Positions 10,259 to 18,495 of a DNA stretch of 40,420 nucleotides are shown in pieces. Every line of letters starts with the position of its first letter. The first letter of the stretch is position 1. The notes beneath the pieces are model-generated. The model made no database searches. It saw nothing but the letters and a program-made list of their open reading frames with translations, and was not told the DNA's origin. Where the stretch lies: assembly GCA_043813745.1 (NCBI GenBank), contig JBDRKV010000048.1:1-40420 (forward strand), read 5' to 3'. The position numbers and the translations under genes are program-made. Origin of the DNA: Candidatus Aenigmatarchaeota archaeon (lineage in GTDB: Archaea > Aenigmatarchaeota > Aenigmatarchaeia > GW2011-AR5 > GCA-2688965).

Positions 10259-10741
10259 ATGTCATTCGCAAAGCTTTTCAAGAAGAATATCAGGAAACCC
10301 GCAAAGAAGTACATACAAAAATGGCGCCGTTCTGCAACAAAACGCGTCAGCAAACCGTTCAATCCAGTGCGCGCGCACGCGTTAGGCTATCGCGCAAAGC
10401 AGGGCTTCGTCATCGTTCAAGGCCGCATGCGAAAAGGCGGTCGCCACAGGCCAAAGCCTGACAAAGGCCGCAATCCAGGAAACATGGGTCTTGTACACTT
10501 CACGCCGCACATGCTACGCCAGAGAATATTAGAGGGGCGCGTTGCCAAGCATTTTCCTAATCTAGAAGTCCTGAATTCTTACAAGATCGGTGAGGACGGC
10601 CAGTATCATTATTACGAAGTCATATTGATCGATCCGAATCACCCGCAGATAGCGAAGAACAAAAAATACGCTTTCTTGCAGCGCAGCCACGGCCGCGCGC
10701 ACCGCGGACTTACGTCAGCTGGTAAGAAATCTCGTAGTTGA
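10259..10741 (+). CDS. rpl15e: ribosomal protein L15e
   Basis: YIQKWRRS...RAHALGYRAKQGFVIVQGRMRKGGRHRPKP, typical of eL15. Confidence 0.95.
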   Translation: MSFAKLFKKNIRKPAKKYIQKWRRSATKRVSKPFNPVRAHALGYRAKQGFVIVQGRMRKGGRHRPKPDKGRNPGNMGLVHFTPHMLRQRILEGRVAKHFPNLEVLNSYKIGEDGQYHYYEVILIDPNHPQIAKNKKYAFLQRSHGRAHRGLTSAGKKSRS

Positions 10742-10782
10742 TTTTCTAAAACATTTATAAGATTAACCGTCTTTTGTTATCT

Positions 10783-11118
10783 ATGCCTAATGAAAGACGA
10801 GCACGAGTGGTAGTGTTAAAGGCTGTTACATTAAATAGGTATTCTCATGAAGTGGTGTGTAGAGAATTTACTGATGACCAACACCACCAAGAAACTAAAA
10901 AAATAGAATTAACTGGAAGAGACGCTGCCGCTTTTGCGACCCATGATACATTCAAAGTTCGTGAAACTGTTAAATGGCAAGGAATGGTTTACAAACATGT
11001 TGATGATACAGACGATGGTACGTTTGTATTTGGCGATAGATGCTATCCAGGCAGGTTTTCTTTGTATGTCCCTTCTGAACAGGACCATCCTGGCAGACGA
11101 ATAAGATTCAAACATTAA
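10783..11118 (+). CDS. hypothetical protein (orphan)
   Basis: Uninterrupted ORF. A TATA-like CATTTATAAG lies about 22 nt upstream of ATG 10783. I recognise no motif. Confidence 0.4.
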   Translation: MPNERRARVVVLKAVTLNRYSHEVVCREFTDDQHHQETKKIELTGRDAAAFATHDTFKVRETVKWQGMVYKHVDDTDDGTFVFGDRCYPGRFSLYVPSEQDHPGRRIRFKH

Positions 11119-11176
11119 AATAATTCAACCAGCCCAACATCATCTTATTTAAAAATTTGGGAATCCAGTTATTACT

Positions 11177-11872
11177 ATGTTCTTTTACGACTTGCACGTG
11201 CACGCCAATGATAGCATAGGCGAGGACAGCGTGGACGATATTGTGAAAACAGCAAAGCAGCTTGACCTGGCTGGAATAGGTTTGGCGCGCTATTACACGA
11301 CAGATATGAGCTTTGACTGGCCGCAGTACGACGACATAGACATAGTCAAGGCCGTGATAATCAAGGCAGCCGGCGTTGCAGATCTGGAAAACGCGATTCG
11401 CGCTGTGCGCGATAAAGTTGATTTGCTGATGGTGCACGGAGGCGACTACGCCATAAACCGCCGGGCCTGCGAGCTGGGCGCTGTCGATATATTATGCCAC
11501 CCAGAACTCGGACGCAGGGACAGCGGCATGGATCACATAACCGTTAAGATGGCAAGAGACAACAACGTAGCCATTGAAATCAATTTCCGGGAGATATTAG
11601 AGACATACAAGCGCCATCGCGTGTACGCGCTTTCCTATCTAAAAAGGAACGTATTTTTGTGCAGAAAATATGGCACGCATGTTATCATGACATCAGCAGC
11701 AGTTTCAAGATGGCAGATGCGCGCCGGCCGTCAGTTAGCTTCGCTGGCGCACGTGCTGGGCATGGAACTGGTTGACGCTGTTGCAGGCGTGAGCACGATT
11801 CCAGAGACCATTGTAAACACAAACAGGAAGAAGCTTGCTGGAAACATGTGGGAAGGCGTTGAAATTAAGTAG
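11177..11872 (+). CDS. rnp3: RNase P protein component 3 (Rpp30)
   Basis: PHP/TIM-like start FYDLHVHA, then VDILCHPE, VAIEINF and IMTSAA. It sits in the conserved L15e-Rpp30-Pop5 neighbourhood. Confidence 0.8.
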   Translation: MFFYDLHVHANDSIGEDSVDDIVKTAKQLDLAGIGLARYYTTDMSFDWPQYDDIDIVKAVIIKAAGVADLENAIRAVRDKVDLLMVHGGDYAINRRACELGAVDILCHPELGRRDSGMDHITVKMARDNNVAIEINFREILETYKRHRVYALSYLKRNVFLCRKYGTHVIMTSAAVSRWQMRAGRQLASLAHVLGMELVDAVAGVSTIPETIVNTNRKKLAGNMWEGVEIK

Positions 11873-11900
11873 TATACGTAGTATCAGGTAGTGATGAATT

Positions 11901-12284
11901 ATGGAAAACGGACCAAAGATATTGCCTCCAAGTTTGAGAACACCGAAAAGATACATGGTGTTCGCGATAATAGCAGAACATCCTGTGAGTTATTCCGGTT
12001 TCGTCAGCGCAGTGTGGAGCAAGATGTTTGAAGTCGTGGGCGAATTAGGCGCGAGCCGCATGGGCATGTGGGTCATTGAAAACATGTACGATGCAGAAAA
12101 GCAGCGCGGAGTGATAAAATGCAGCCTGAAACATGTCGAGGAGATGCGCGTGATATTAACATTAATAAACATTATAGACGAGATAAAGGTCATAGTCAAA
12201 GTCTTAGGCGTCACAGGCACGATAAAAAGCGCCCAAAAAAAATACCTGGGTATAAAGGACCTGACAATATTCAGTAAGCCGTAA
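11901..12284 (+). CDS. rnp2: RNase P protein component 2 (Pop5/Rpp14)
   Basis: LPPSLRTPKRYMVF N-terminus and GVTGTIKSAQKKYL C-terminus. It lies directly after Rpp30. Confidence 0.8.
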   Translation: MENGPKILPPSLRTPKRYMVFAIIAEHPVSYSGFVSAVWSKMFEVVGELGASRMGMWVIENMYDAEKQRGVIKCSLKHVEEMRVILTLINIIDEIKVIVKVLGVTGTIKSAQKKYLGIKDLTIFSKP

Positions 12285-12309
12285 ATAAATGAAACAGGGT
12301 GCATGAACT

Positions 12310-12714
12310 ATGAATTATAATGAGATGCTGAAAAAAGCAAGGGAATCATTGCCTAAAAAAGTGGACAACGCCGTAAGGTTCGAGCCCAAGCAACCTTTGA
12401 TAGAAACGCATGGCAAAACCACTATTGTCAAGAATTTTTCTGAAATCGCGAAACATATACGTCGAGAGCCGAAGGACATAGCCAAATACCTCTTCAAGGA
12501 GCTCGGAGTTCCTGGCGCAATCACTGGCGAAACCCTTGTATTGAACGGCAGCATCGGCAGGGAAATAATAGCAAAACGCCTTGACAGCTTCATAAAGGAA
12601 TACGTCTGTTGTCACGAGTGCGGTAAAGTAGATACACAAATTGAGCACGAAGGCAGGATAGTTATGATAAAGTGCGAGGCATGCGGGGCTAAAAAGACCA
12701 TGGAGAGCTTTTAA
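12310..12714 (+). CDS. eif2b: translation initiation factor aIF2 beta
   Basis: KTTIVKNFSEIAKHIRREPKDIAKYLFKELG and a C-terminal zinc ribbon CHECG...CEACG. Confidence 0.9.
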   Translation: MNYNEMLKKARESLPKKVDNAVRFEPKQPLIETHGKTTIVKNFSEIAKHIRREPKDIAKYLFKELGVPGAITGETLVLNGSIGREIIAKRLDSFIKEYVCCHECGKVDTQIEHEGRIVMIKCEACGAKKTMESF

Positions 12715-13061
12715 TGGCAAAGCCAAAAAATGTAAAATGGTCTGGACTTTTGCGAAGCAAAAGGACAGGGTTTAGTTACAAGATATTCAAACAAGATGGT
12801 AACGTTCTTCTAGCAGTTGCTGACAAAAACCTACTAGGCAAGGATTTCGAGCAGGACGAGCTCATTTTGTCAGTGCCAAAAAACTTTTACTGCGATAAGA
12901 GCTGCGATGAAAAAAGCGTCGTCCGGGAAATGAAAAATGCGACCATCATAAACGCCGTGGGAAAAAACGTTATCGCGTTGATGTTGAAAAAAGAGTTAAT
13001 AAGCAGGGATAACATACTTACAGTCAGTGGTGTACCGCATGCGCAAGTCGTCAAGTTCTAG
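12714..13061 (+). CDS. DUF424-family protein
   Basis: VADKNLLGKDFE...FY...VSGVPHAQVV pattern. It follows aIF2 beta directly (start overlaps its stop), as is usual in archaea. Confidence 0.55.
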   Translation: MAKPKNVKWSGLLRSKRTGFSYKIFKQDGNVLLAVADKNLLGKDFEQDELILSVPKNFYCDKSCDEKSVVREMKNATIINAVGKNVIALMLKKELISRDNILTVSGVPHAQVVKF

Positions 13062-13431
13062 GCGTAAAGGACAATGGTTTCTCATCGCAGCAGTGGTAAT
13101 TTCCGGCGTGTTTCTGACAATATCAACTACCTATAGCTCCTATCTGGGCATAGACGCCAGCAGGCTGGCCGGAGCAGACGAGGCATTCATCTACAAGAAC
13201 CTTAATGAGCAACTCCTTGCAGCAGCCCGCTCATCCGTGCAGCAGGATGATGACGGTAACGAAATATGTCCTGACCTGGAAACAAACCTGGAAAATTTCA
13301 GGAGCTTTGCGGAAAAAAAGTATAGCGAGCTGGGCTATTATGTTGAGATAACGTACGAAAAAAGTGGCTGCGCTATCCAGGATTACAACATAGCAGTAGA
13401 GAGCGACAAGATGTCTATTTCTAAAAGCTGA
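13039..13431 (+). CDS. protein with archaeal class III (type IV pilin-like) signal peptide
   Basis: MRKSSSSRRKGQ followed by WFLIAAVVISGVFL, i.e. a KG/Q prepilin-peptidase-type site. The ORF track opens at GTG 13027. Confidence 0.5.
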   Translation: MRKSSSSRRKGQWFLIAAVVISGVFLTISTTYSSYLGIDASRLAGADEAFIYKNLNEQLLAAARSSVQQDDDGNEICPDLETNLENFRSFAEKKYSELGYYVEITYEKSGCAIQDYNIAVESDKMSISKS

Positions 13432-14491
13432 AATCCTCTAGCAAACCGAACGTCCGTTTGCACGCATCTTTATCCTTTTCAGCAAGCGATTTTATCAGTG
13501 GCAGGTAGGTCTCAGCCTCTTTCGTCGTGGTGTGCGTACCCCTGCATACGGCAGCAATAAGCTCGTCCATTGACTTGTCTTTTCTATAGAACCGCCTGGG
13601 AAATGAATAGAATCCATAGCCTTTTGAATTTCCAGAAACAGCAATGCTAAGTATGCCAACACTTACCAAGTATTTCATCAACGATTGTTTCTGGCGCTTG
13701 ATTACGCGCGTGTTGTAAAGCTCGGCAATGGCCAGGTATTCGTATACAAGCGCAAGATCCTTGCCAGAGAACTCTTTGAATACGTTGTTTTCAATCCACC
13801 AGTACAGCTCGTCCATGGGCTTTTCAGAGTCGTCAATTGCTTTTCTCATCACACCAATATCTTTTGTCTTGAAGATAGTTTTTAATGTCGTGAATATGTT
13901 TTCAACGCGCTCCCTGTTGCCGATGAGCAAAACCGAGCTGCTGTCAACAGCGTGCAAAGTCTCAAGGTCATTCAACGCCGCGCGCATGTCCCCATTGCTC
14001 GCGAATGCGACCTGCATAAGCGCGTTTTTTTCATAAGATGTTTTTTCACTTGTGCATACGCGCTCCAGAAAATTAGCAATCTCGCTGATTGGTATTTTTT
14101 CAAGCTTCATAAGCTTGCATTTGGTACGCAGCGTCCTGTAAGCCTGCTTGTACGGTTCCGTAGTCAGTATCACAACAGGAAAAGAGCTCTTGCTGATAAG
14201 CTCAGGAAGTCCTTTAGCTTTTCCAGGCTCGTCTGCGATAATTAATTTGTTTTTGGCAAAAAGGCTTCTCTGTACAGCAACCTCATGCGAACCATCGTAA
14301 TAAACCAGCTCGCGTCCGCTTTCTGTGGCGATCAGCTCCATTGCAAGATTTTTTCCGCAACCTTCTGGACCGTGGAGCATCAAAGCCGTTCCTTTTTTCC
14401 AGCCAGAAATCCATTTCTTTATCTCAAGAATCCGCGGTTTATTTCCAACAAACTCACCAATCGTCCGTGGCCTGTATTTCTCCACTAGCAT
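13421..14491 (-). CDS. rfcL: replication factor C large subunit-like AAA+ protein
   Basis: EKYRPRTIGEFVGN, P-loop GPEGCGKN, IIADEP, NGDMRAALNDLE, and the RfcL-type C-terminal helical domain WWIENN. Confidence 0.7.
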   Translation of the reverse strand: MLVEKYRPRTIGEFVGNKPRILEIKKWISGWKKGTALMLHGPEGCGKNLAMELIATESGRELVYYDGSHEVAVQRSLFAKNKLIIADEPGKAKGLPELISKSSFPVVILTTEPYKQAYRTLRTKCKLMKLEKIPISEIANFLERVCTSEKTSYEKNALMQVAFASNGDMRAALNDLETLHAVDSSSVLLIGNRERVENIFTTLKTIFKTKDIGVMRKAIDDSEKPMDELYWWIENNVFKEFSGKDLALVYEYLAIAELYNTRVIKRQKQSLMKYLVSVGILSIAVSGNSKGYGFYSFPRRFYRKDKSMDELIAAVCRGTHTTTKEAETYLPLIKSLAEKDKDACKRTFGLLEDFSF

Positions 14492-14595
14492 GGATTAATT
14501 TTATCGGAAAATTATAAAACATGATGTCGCGCTGATATCTTCAGATGGAAGCAGAGCTTCTATACACTTATAACTTTTATTGTCAAGTAGAATTC

Positions 14596-15438
14596 ATGGA
14601 ACCACTGGAGCTTATTTACTCAAAAGCGTCTGAAACAGTACAATCGTCATTGGTTGCAGTGTACAACATGCTGCCAAACATCTTTCTTGCAATAATCATA
14701 CTAGTAGTCGGAATATTCGTCGCGAAGTTCCTGCGAAAGGCCACTATAAAACTCCTCCAACGCTTTGGCATGGCAAGAGTGACTGCCACAAGCGGATTTG
14801 ACAGCATGCTGAAAAGGGCGAGCTACAAAGGAACAGCCGTGACATTGATAGGAGACCTGGTAAAGATACTTGTTTACCTGATAACACTGGCAATGATAGC
14901 AGAAGTACTGAACATACAGACGCTTGTATTGATTTTCCAGCAGATAGGTATATTCCTGCCAAGGCTGATAGCGGCAATAATAATCGTAATTGTCGGAGCT
15001 GTTGTCACTGGAATGGTTTCAACAAGCGTGAAGGTCATGCTCACGATGAGGACCGACAGGCAGAGAGATAAGAACATCGTTTCTCTTTCAGACATACTGG
15101 CAAACCTCGTGGAGGTCGTCCTCTACCTTGTCATAATAATAATTGCATTGAACATCCTCGGATTATCCAGCATCATACTGGACGCAACATACATCATAGC
15201 AGTCCTGTGCATGTTCGTGGTGTTCGTCATAGCAATAAAGGACATAATCCCGAACTTCTCAGCAGGCATAAACCTGCAGAAGCGCTACAATGAAGGCGAT
15301 TTCATAACCATATTAGGCAGGAGCGGTAAGATAACAAGTATTGACGCTCTGTTTACAACGCTGGAATCAGAAGGAAAACACATAATAATACCAAACAATA
15401 TATTATTGAAAGAAATCGTTGAAAAGGCATCAACCTAG
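14596..15438 (+). CDS. MscS-like mechanosensitive channel family protein
   Basis: Multiple TM helices followed by GDFITILGRSGKITSIDALFTTLESEGKHIIIPNNILL (MscS beta-domain signature). I chose ATG 14596 over the track start 14545. Confidence 0.6.
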   Translation: MEPLELIYSKASETVQSSLVAVYNMLPNIFLAIIILVVGIFVAKFLRKATIKLLQRFGMARVTATSGFDSMLKRASYKGTAVTLIGDLVKILVYLITLAMIAEVLNIQTLVLIFQQIGIFLPRLIAAIIIVIVGAVVTGMVSTSVKVMLTMRTDRQRDKNIVSLSDILANLVEVVLYLVIIIIALNILGLSSIILDATYIIAVLCMFVVFVIAIKDIIPNFSAGINLQKRYNEGDFITILGRSGKITSIDALFTTLESEGKHIIIPNNILLKEIVEKAST

Positions 15439-15496
15439 TAGAGCACTGATTTGATGGAACATTTACCTTGCCTGCGTGCGAGTTCATCAGAAACGT

Positions 15497-16243
15497 CTAA
15501 GCTGCTTTTCCATAAGCGCACCTTGGAGCGCTTACCCTACACCCAGCCTTTATCATGCACCTATTCAACTGACCCATTGCAGCGCCCATGGACTCATGCT
15601 TCTGTATGTCTTCTATGAATGCTCTGTAACCGCGGCCGCTTCTGCTTTCGTAGAATCGGTCTGCCATTGCACCGAGCTGGAATGCGCCCTTGTATGGAGT
15701 CGTGCGCCTTATCATCTCGGCTTTGGTAGTTTCACCTTTTTCCAAATGAAACGCATACATGCCCCATTCAGGAAGGCTCTCTATTATCGCAGTAGCAGTC
15801 TTCTGATCAACGTCAGCATACTGTAGCAGATCAGCGCTCAAGACGTGCATGAGTTCGTGGTCAGCAACGCGCTGCATGTAAGCAGCAGCAGAACCTTTTC
15901 TTTTTGCAGCCTCTGCCAGCTTTGTGTGTAATTTAACGTCCCTGGCTCTAACTTTATTGCCGCACAATTCAAAGCGCGTGACTCCAGCAGCCCCGTACAT
16001 ATCCAAATCTTCTAATCCTACAGGCACAGAACCGTCATAATATTCTTTTAAGCCAAGGTAGCTTGCCAATTCGCCAGATCGTTTTCTGAATTGTTCAACA
16101 TAATACCCCAAATCATTTCTAGTATCCCCGGATCCAATAGAATTATCTACAAAAGTAGCCGGCATCCTCGCAACCGTCGTTGAGTTGCCGAATGTCCCAT
16201 ACAGTGCCTTTTTTGCTTCATCAACATAACTTTCAGTTGTCAT
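15497..16243 (-). CDS. putative zinc metallopeptidase (HExxH), otherwise uncharacterised
   Basis: HELMH is followed about 22 aa later by a Glu (IIESLPEW), a gluzincin-like spacing. There is no signal peptide. Confidence 0.35.
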   Translation of the reverse strand: MTTESYVDEAKKALYGTFGNSTTVARMPATFVDNSIGSGDTRNDLGYYVEQFRKRSGELASYLGLKEYYDGSVPVGLEDLDMYGAAGVTRFELCGNKVRARDVKLHTKLAEAAKRKGSAAAYMQRVADHELMHVLSADLLQYADVDQKTATAIIESLPEWGMYAFHLEKGETTKAEMIRRTTPYKGAFQLGAMADRFYESRSGRGYRAFIEDIQKHESMGAAMGQLNRCMIKAGCRVSAPRCAYGKAA

Positions 16244-16266
16244 AATTTACCATACACCAAAAAGCT

Positions 16267-16917
16267 TTAAATCGTTTTATCAAAGAGCGTCATTGCTTCT
16301 TCAACAGTGAGATGCCGCGGCCTCTTGCCTAAAGATTTGATAACCTTGTTCTTGTGCCTGAATAGGCTCGTCAGAAACATCCAGAAGTTATCATCCATTG
16401 TTTTCTTTTGTTCCAGTAGTATCATCATAGAGTCTATAGCAGTCGGCTCAAACTCGCCAGCAGGCACATCCATTATTTTAGCAACATTACAGCAATCATT
16501 AACAACCAGATAAAGCTTGTCCCCGGGCTCTAGCAGCTTTTGAGCAAACTCTTTCTGCACAATCAAAACCGCAATTTTCCATTTTTTCTTCAGCAATGCC
16601 ATCAATATCGGCTGCGACAACGAGTACGGTATATTGGAAACAACCTTGTCAAAATCAAGCTTGGGTATTATTTTCAAAGCATCCCCGTAAATTGTTTTGC
16701 AACTTATCTTGCCAAGCAACGGGGCAAATCTTCTATCAATCTCTATCGCCACGACATTCGAATGTTTAGAAAGCAATCTCGTCAATCGTCCGTCGCCGGC
16801 GCCTATCTCCAGGACTGTTTCATTTTTATCAAGCTCAGCAAGCTCAACTTCTTTTTCCAAAATCCGTGAATTATTGAGAAAAAATTGGTCCAGTCTTTTA
16901 TTTAGTTCCATCATCAA
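16267..16917 (-). CDS. ksgA: 16S rRNA adenine dimethyltransferase (KsgA/Dim1), short form
   Basis: LDQFFL, VLEIGAGDGRLT, VVAIEIDRRF and VSNIPYSLSQPIL. Confidence 0.85.
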   Translation of the reverse strand: MMMELNKRLDQFFLNNSRILEKEVELAELDKNETVLEIGAGDGRLTRLLSKHSNVVAIEIDRRFAPLLGKISCKTIYGDALKIIPKLDFDKVVSNIPYSLSQPILMALLKKKWKIAVLIVQKEFAQKLLEPGDKLYLVVNDCCNVAKIMDVPAGEFEPTAIDSMMILLEQKKTMDDNFWMFLTSLFRHKNKVIKSLGKRPRHLTVEEAMTLFDKTI

Positions 16918-17117
16918 ACCCTGAACTTCCCGACTTCTTTAAGCATGTCCACGTGCGTCATGAATAGCGCCCTGCAGCAGTATTTGGTTATGCCCAGCTC
17001 GTCCAGAACTTTGACAGGCGCTTCGCCTTCTTGCACGCGTTTGCTGTACTCTTCCCACGAGCCGCTCAAGACGCGGCCACATGTCATGCATCTCACGGGT
17101 ATAATAATTTCAATCAC
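16914..17117 (-). CDS. rpoN: DNA-directed RNA polymerase subunit N (Rpo10)
   Basis: IIPVRCMTCGRVL ... YCCRALFMTHVD. Confidence 0.9.
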   Translation of the reverse strand: MIEIIIPVRCMTCGRVLSGSWEEYSKRVQEGEAPVKVLDELGITKYCCRALFMTHVDMLKEVGKFRV

Positions 17118-17128
17118 CTTTTTCCTGA

Positions 17129-17551
17129 TTAACGTTTTGATTGCTGTTTTGTCCTTCTCGGTCCGGCAGACGAACGGGATGGTTTGTGTCTTTCCGTACG
17201 CCTGGCATCCGATATCAGTATGCTCCTATCGTATTTCAGGAATATGTCTTTTAAAGCCTTATTCTTGCCGCGGCCGAGTCGCGCGAGCAAAGCATTTCCG
17301 ATTGCTGTCCGTACAGCATCAGCCTGCCCCCAAACGCCTCCGCCACGCACGTCCACGTTTATGTCAATATCATTCGGATTTCCAGCTAGGACTAGCGGCT
17401 CCATTGCGCGCATGAGTACATATCCTCTCCACACGCTATTAATGGGTTTTGAATTTATGCGCACATTACCCTTGCCCGGAAGCACGAAAGCCCGGGCTAT
17501 TGCTTTTTTCCTCTTGCCCATACCGATAATTATTTTTTTCTTTGTTGCCAT
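17129..17551 (-). CDS. rps9: ribosomal protein S9 (uS9)
   Basis: GKRKKAIARAF...RINSKP... and a C-terminal RRTKQQSKR. Alternative in-frame starts lie at 17569 and 17590, inside repeat A1. Confidence 0.9.
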   Translation of the reverse strand: MATKKKIIIGMGKRKKAIARAFVLPGKGNVRINSKPINSVWRGYVLMRAMEPLVLAGNPNDIDINVDVRGGGVWGQADAVRTAIGNALLARLGRGKNKALKDIFLKYDRSILISDARRTERHKPSRSSAGPRRTKQQSKR

Positions 17552-17567
17552 TTTTTTATCTCTTTTC

Positions 17568-17603
17568 ATGAAAAATCTCAACGAAATCATAAGATTTCAG
17601 TTG
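17568..17603 (-). repeat. family A hairpin element, copy A1 (between rpl13 stop and rps9 start)
   Basis: mRNA sense: CAACTGAAATC-TTAT-GATTTCGTTG AGATTTTTCAT. Confidence 0.7.
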
Positions 17604-17608
17604 TAAAT

Positions 17609-18010
17609 CTATTTACCACCCAGTGATTTTGATAATTTGCCTATGGTTATGTACTTGCACTTTACCTCTTTCTTTCCTAATGTTGTAACTGGTTTCCCTT
17701 CAAACTCTTTTGGAACGCCAAGATGCACCTTCAGGCGCGATATCAATTCCTTTCCTTTCTTTGATTTGTAGTCAATCATTCCACGCACAGCACGCAATAC
17801 GATGCCATTCGACGTCTTCGGAAAGAATGGTCCGTGAAACCGCGAGCCCTTTCTGCGCCTTTGAAAATAGAAGTTCGTCGTGCTTTTGGGATCGCCTGTG
17901 ATTATGATTTTCTCAGCATTGATTATGTCTACTGCTTCTCCAGTTTTCAATTCCTTCACAACACCCACAGCCAGTCTTCCAAGAACCGCATTTGTTCCGT
18001 CTACTATCAT
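17609..18010 (-). CDS. rpl13: ribosomal protein L13 (uL13)
   Basis: IVDGTNAVLGRLA...INAEKIIITG. Confidence 0.9.
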   Translation of the reverse strand: MIVDGTNAVLGRLAVGVVKELKTGEAVDIINAEKIIITGDPKSTTNFYFQRRRKGSRFHGPFFPKTSNGIVLRAVRGMIDYKSKKGKELISRLKVHLGVPKEFEGKPVTTLGKKEVKCKYITIGKLSKSLGGK

Positions 18011-18018
18011 GTCATCAC

Positions 18019-18321
18019 CTAGATTATTATCCTTCCGCTAATTTCACTGCCAATAAGCTTTTCAATACTGATCGCCTTTCCACTCGCCTTCACCAACTTG
18101 TCAGACGCTTTTTTGGAAAATCCGTAAGCATATATCGTAACAGGTTTAGTAATGTTTCCGTCAAGCACCTTGCCCGGAACGATGATTGTTTCATTTTCCT
18201 TCGCAATCGCATCTATCTTTGTCAGCCCGATGTCCAAATCACTCTTCAGCCTGCGGGCTATTTCCTTGCACATGGGCTTCCTCATTCCACAAAACTTTTC
18301 AATCAATTTTCTTTTTTCCAT
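18019..18321 (-). CDS. rpl18e: ribosomal protein L18e
   Basis: VPGKVLDGNITKPVTIYAYGFSKKASDKLVKASGKAISIEKL. It sits in the canonical position before L13. The track start 18333 lies inside repeat B3. Confidence 0.8.
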   Translation of the reverse strand: MEKRKLIEKFCGMRKPMCKEIARRLKSDLDIGLTKIDAIAKENETIIVPGKVLDGNITKPVTIYAYGFSKKASDKLVKASGKAISIEKLIGSEISGRIII

Positions 18322-18379
18322 GGTATTCACCATATTGTTTCTTTTGAACCCAAGGGCCTTTTCTTTACAAAGAAAAGGG
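18322..18379 (-). repeat. family B-like element, copy B3 (5' of rpl18e), diverged
   Basis: AAGCCCCTTTTCTTTGTAAAGAAAAGGCCCTTGGGTTCAAAAGAAACAATATGGTGAATACC. It has the same hairpin layout, with stem changes compensated. Confidence 0.6.
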
Positions 18380-18400
18380 GCTTATGCCGGGGGTGAGATT
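18380..18400 (-). repeat. exact 21-bp duplicate of the tRNA-Leu 3' end plus trailer
   Basis: gcttatgccgggggtgagatt occurs at 18380-18400 and at 18491-18511. Confidence 0.9.
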
Positions 18401-18490
18401 ACTGGAAAAGACCGTGAGTCTTTTCAGTTCCCGACGAGCTTTGCTCAGTCGCGGATGAACTCCGTTCAAATCTTTATATTAATCCTGTGA
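18401..18490 (-). repeat. 90-nt three-hairpin insert (element X) between the two tRNA-3'-end copies
   Basis: Minus sense: TTAATAT..., then hairpins CGGA-GTTCA-TCCG, CGACTGAGC-AAA-GCTCGTCG and ACTGAAAAGAC-TCACG-GTCTTTTCCAGT. Confidence 0.7.
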
Positions 18491-18495
18491 GCTTA

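Noticed and set aside
17184-17606. 140-aa plus-strand ORF across rps9, and 20077..20670 across rps4
   Set aside because: They are antisense to clear ribosomal-protein genes, with Ser/Phe/Leu-rich shadow composition.
18380-18400. Second copy of the tRNA-Leu 3' end considered as an independent or split tRNA half
   Set aside because: No matching 5' T-stem (GTGAG), anticodon arm or 5' acceptor strand lies nearby. Only the last 21 nt are duplicated. It is kept as a repeat and finding rather than a tRNA gene.
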